From Hormiphora californensis (Eukaryota > Animalia > Ctenophora), in contig CM035354.1 in NCBI GenBank assembly GCA_020137815.1, forward strand, positions 7,626,001 through 7,690,000: a stretch of 64,000 nucleotides of DNA. Reading direction: 5' to 3'. The stretch's first letter is position 1. Every line of letters begins with the position of its first letter. The notes beneath the pieces are model-generated. The model did not search any database and was not told the DNA's origin. It worked only from the letters and a program-made list of their open reading frames with translations. The translations under genes and the position numbers were made by a program. Shown piece after piece: positions 61,566-64,000 of this stretch.

Positions 61566-61701
61566 ACCAGATGGTTTATCATTTTTCTCTCGTTCCCTCC
61601 CCACATTCCTTCTCTCTTTTCCAAACACACAAACAGGACCCAAATCAGTTTCACTTTCATCAATAGTAGGTCCACTGACAAATTCTTTCACTTTATTTTT
61701 T

Positions 61702-61770
61702 CCCTGCCCGGGTGAATGCCGAAGGCATTCACCCGGGTGCCTTTTTACTTTGTAAAAAGGCATAGCAGGG
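61702..61770. other. T/Y-shaped double-hairpin palindrome
   Basis: ccctgc/gcaggg closing stem encloses cccgggtgaatgcc-gaa-ggcattcacccggg and tgcctttttac-ttt-gtaaaaaggca. Confidence 0.8.
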
Positions 61771-63040
61771 TTAGAATTCGAAAACGACATTTTGGTAGAG
61801 AGAACTAATCGGTAGAGGGACATTTTTTGGTCACACTTTCGTTGCGAGGGCAACGGTGTAGCAACTAGAGCCGCGCGCACAGTGACGAGCTACTCCTTCA
61901 TCAAACACCTCATTGACACAGTTTGATGGACGTGTGTGTGCGCGCCACTCAACAAAACATGAAATGCTCTGCCACGCGTTTTGCGTGTTACATACACATT
62001 TTCATCTTGCGAGTCGAGTGTGAGACGTTAGATAAGTAGTTAAGTTGGATTGTCAAAAGCTGGTTAGCAAGTGTCATGTGATTGGGAGTTAGCTAACTCT
62101 AATTAGCTATGTGAGAAGTATACTGACAGCTAGATCGTACGCATCTCACATTACATTATGACCAAGCCTTGATCCTGTTGGCAATGTCACTGACATGTGA
62201 AACGGCAGCTGTAGGGCAGGGAAACACAGCATTATGAATAAATAATGCAATAATTCTTGTTAATGTATAGGTTAGCCTTCTCATACAAGCTAAGGTGGCC
62301 CATAAATTGTGATAGCGGGGGACGAGCCGTACCTCCGAAACGGTGATAGTTGTGCAAAAACGGGAACCAGGTGGAACAATAGTTCCATTTTTTGCAAGTT
62401 ATGAGTTTTTTATTCAAAAGTTCATTTTTTATTCATGAACTATTTACACGTTCATATCGTGTGTTATGCCAGTCCAAATTGGCTGGAGGCACCGTCTGCG
62501 GCCGATGGAGATGGTTTGTAGTTGGGAGCCGCAGTGGATCTCGCGTGTTCCGGAAATGGGTCGGACATTCAAAACAAGGAGTATTCAGAGCGGCTAACTA
62601 ACATTTGGTGTAAGCTAGGTTTACAATGTTCCCCCATATACCATGTCCTAATGGCTAAGATATGCCACGATATTCCCCCTAGTAGATAGTTAAATCAGGG
62701 TCCTTGAAGGATCAATGTTGATTCGGTTGCTAATTAGGCAAACCAGTGGCTGGATAAAATCAGTGTAGTGGTGCTAAATTCTTTGGCTGATATCCATTTC
62801 AATGGCTGTTACCCAACCTAGTGATCACAGTGTGTATATACATGTAGTGGTTGCCGTAAAGTTGGAATTTACAGACTATCATTTCCACCTCAATCGTAAC
62901 TAAGCAACTTGCACCCCGGACCTTTTAATGGGTGAGAGCTGTAGAGTCCGTAGCCACCACCGAATACTAAACATTGACAAAGTAAAACACGGCGCTTTTA
63001 TTTTTTACAGTCCAAACAATTCAACTTCTCAGTCATATCA

Positions 63041-63214
63041 TAGCACTGGCAAGTGCCCCGGGCCCAAAAGGGGGGTGTGGGGGCACAGCCCCCACCATAA
63101 ACGGGGGTGTGGGGGCAGAGCCCCCACCTTAGAAATACCCTCTAACTCAAAAAACAAAAGAGAGAGCACACGCAACACTTCTACACACAAGCGCGTGAAA
63201 ACCTGCCAGTGCTA
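63041..63214. mobile_element. Small hAT-like MITE
   Basis: TIR tagcactggca[a/g]gt; two internal gtggggggc-a[c/g]a-gcccccac-type hairpins; no clean TSD. Confidence 0.5.
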
Positions 63215-63639
63215 CTATATACCATTGCAGATTTCGGGGTTTTTGATGCTTTAAAAAAGCATGTTCCAGATGAAGTAGAGAGCTGAAATTTTGTACTCTG
63301 AGGGCCCTCATATAGGAGAAGAGGCATACAAATTTTCAGAACGATCGGATGGAAGGTAAAAATTTGCCAGAGGGGTCCCAAAATGCAAAAATGTAAGGAG
63401 GGGGAGGGGAGGGGAGGGGGAGGAGGACGCTTTTTTATCTTTGAGTGTTCTCCTAAACCACAAATAGTAGAGACTTGCCGTTTGGAACAGTGGTTCCTTA
63501 CATCATTGCGCTCGGTAATAGCTGTGTGAGAACTTCGAAATCGCTATAGTTCATTAATTATTCATTAATTAGTCATTAAATATTCATTTTAACTATGGTT
63601 GCGATATGACACGACTCGAAGGTCATAAAGACTTGAAAC

Positions 63640-64000
63640 TGGTCTTATTCGACGCGGAACGGTCGATTTATGGGGGGTCTTACTCGGGACAAAAATCTCT
63701 ATCTCGCACCGTTAAGCCGTTATTTGCATATTTATGCACCGATTCACGATTTTATGCATATTTTCAACATTTTCACTTCGGCTGGTCCTAGAACGTTTTC
63801 ATGGACATATTTCGACGCAAAATAGTCGATTTATGGGGGGTCGTCCCCCGGACAAAAAGTCGTATCTCGCACCGTTAAGCCGTTATTTGCATATTTATGC
63901 ACCGATTCATGATTTAATGCATATTCTTAATATTTCCACTTCGGCTGGTCCTAAAACGTTTTCATGGACATATTCCGGTGCAGAATAGTCGATTTATGGG
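63640..64000. repeat. ~163-bp tandem repeat running off the window end
   Basis: tcgatttatggggg recurs at ~63663, ~63827 and ~63989 with matching downstream sequence. Confidence 0.8.

Overview
Gene-dense eukaryotic (animal) genomic DNA, not prokaryotic. Short GT-AG introns, nested antisense genes, microsatellites and a secreted-protein module ('DLESTPLQIKTNS...WTI...CNGVEV...DTASD') suggest a ctenophore; this is inference. Plus-strand cluster 1 (1-27.8 kb): CLCC1-like (partial), ZFR, a truncated L2-type LINE, TRMO, two cAMP-receptor-like GPCRs, a small acidic ORF, TBL3/UTP13 and FKBP8. Minus strand: a giant golgin-like coiled-coil gene (45.7-28.7 kb), a class A GPCR and a small membrane-protein gene. 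Plus-strand cluster 2: INTS5, CLUAP1/IFT38 and a partial PC4/SUB1-like gene with a Ly6-like gene nested in it. Non-autonomous elements include Foldback/Mutator-like, Kolobok-like, Helitron, Helentron-like and 8-bp-TSD types. Most interesting: (i) nearly every start codon sits 1-20 nt after a pyrimidine-rich AG acceptor in closely spaced co-oriented genes, as expected for spliced-leader trans-spliced operons; (ii) tandem repeats grow out of splice sites and a stop codon, including a 2.5-kb array of acceptor-like units abutting the TBL3 ATG; (iii) a possible distal FKBP8 first exon that would nest TBL3 on the same strand; (iv) a T-shaped double hairpin. Clustered frameshifts in conserved genes are probably assembly indels. 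Gene names come from motif recognition, not database searches, and exon boundaries were read by eye.
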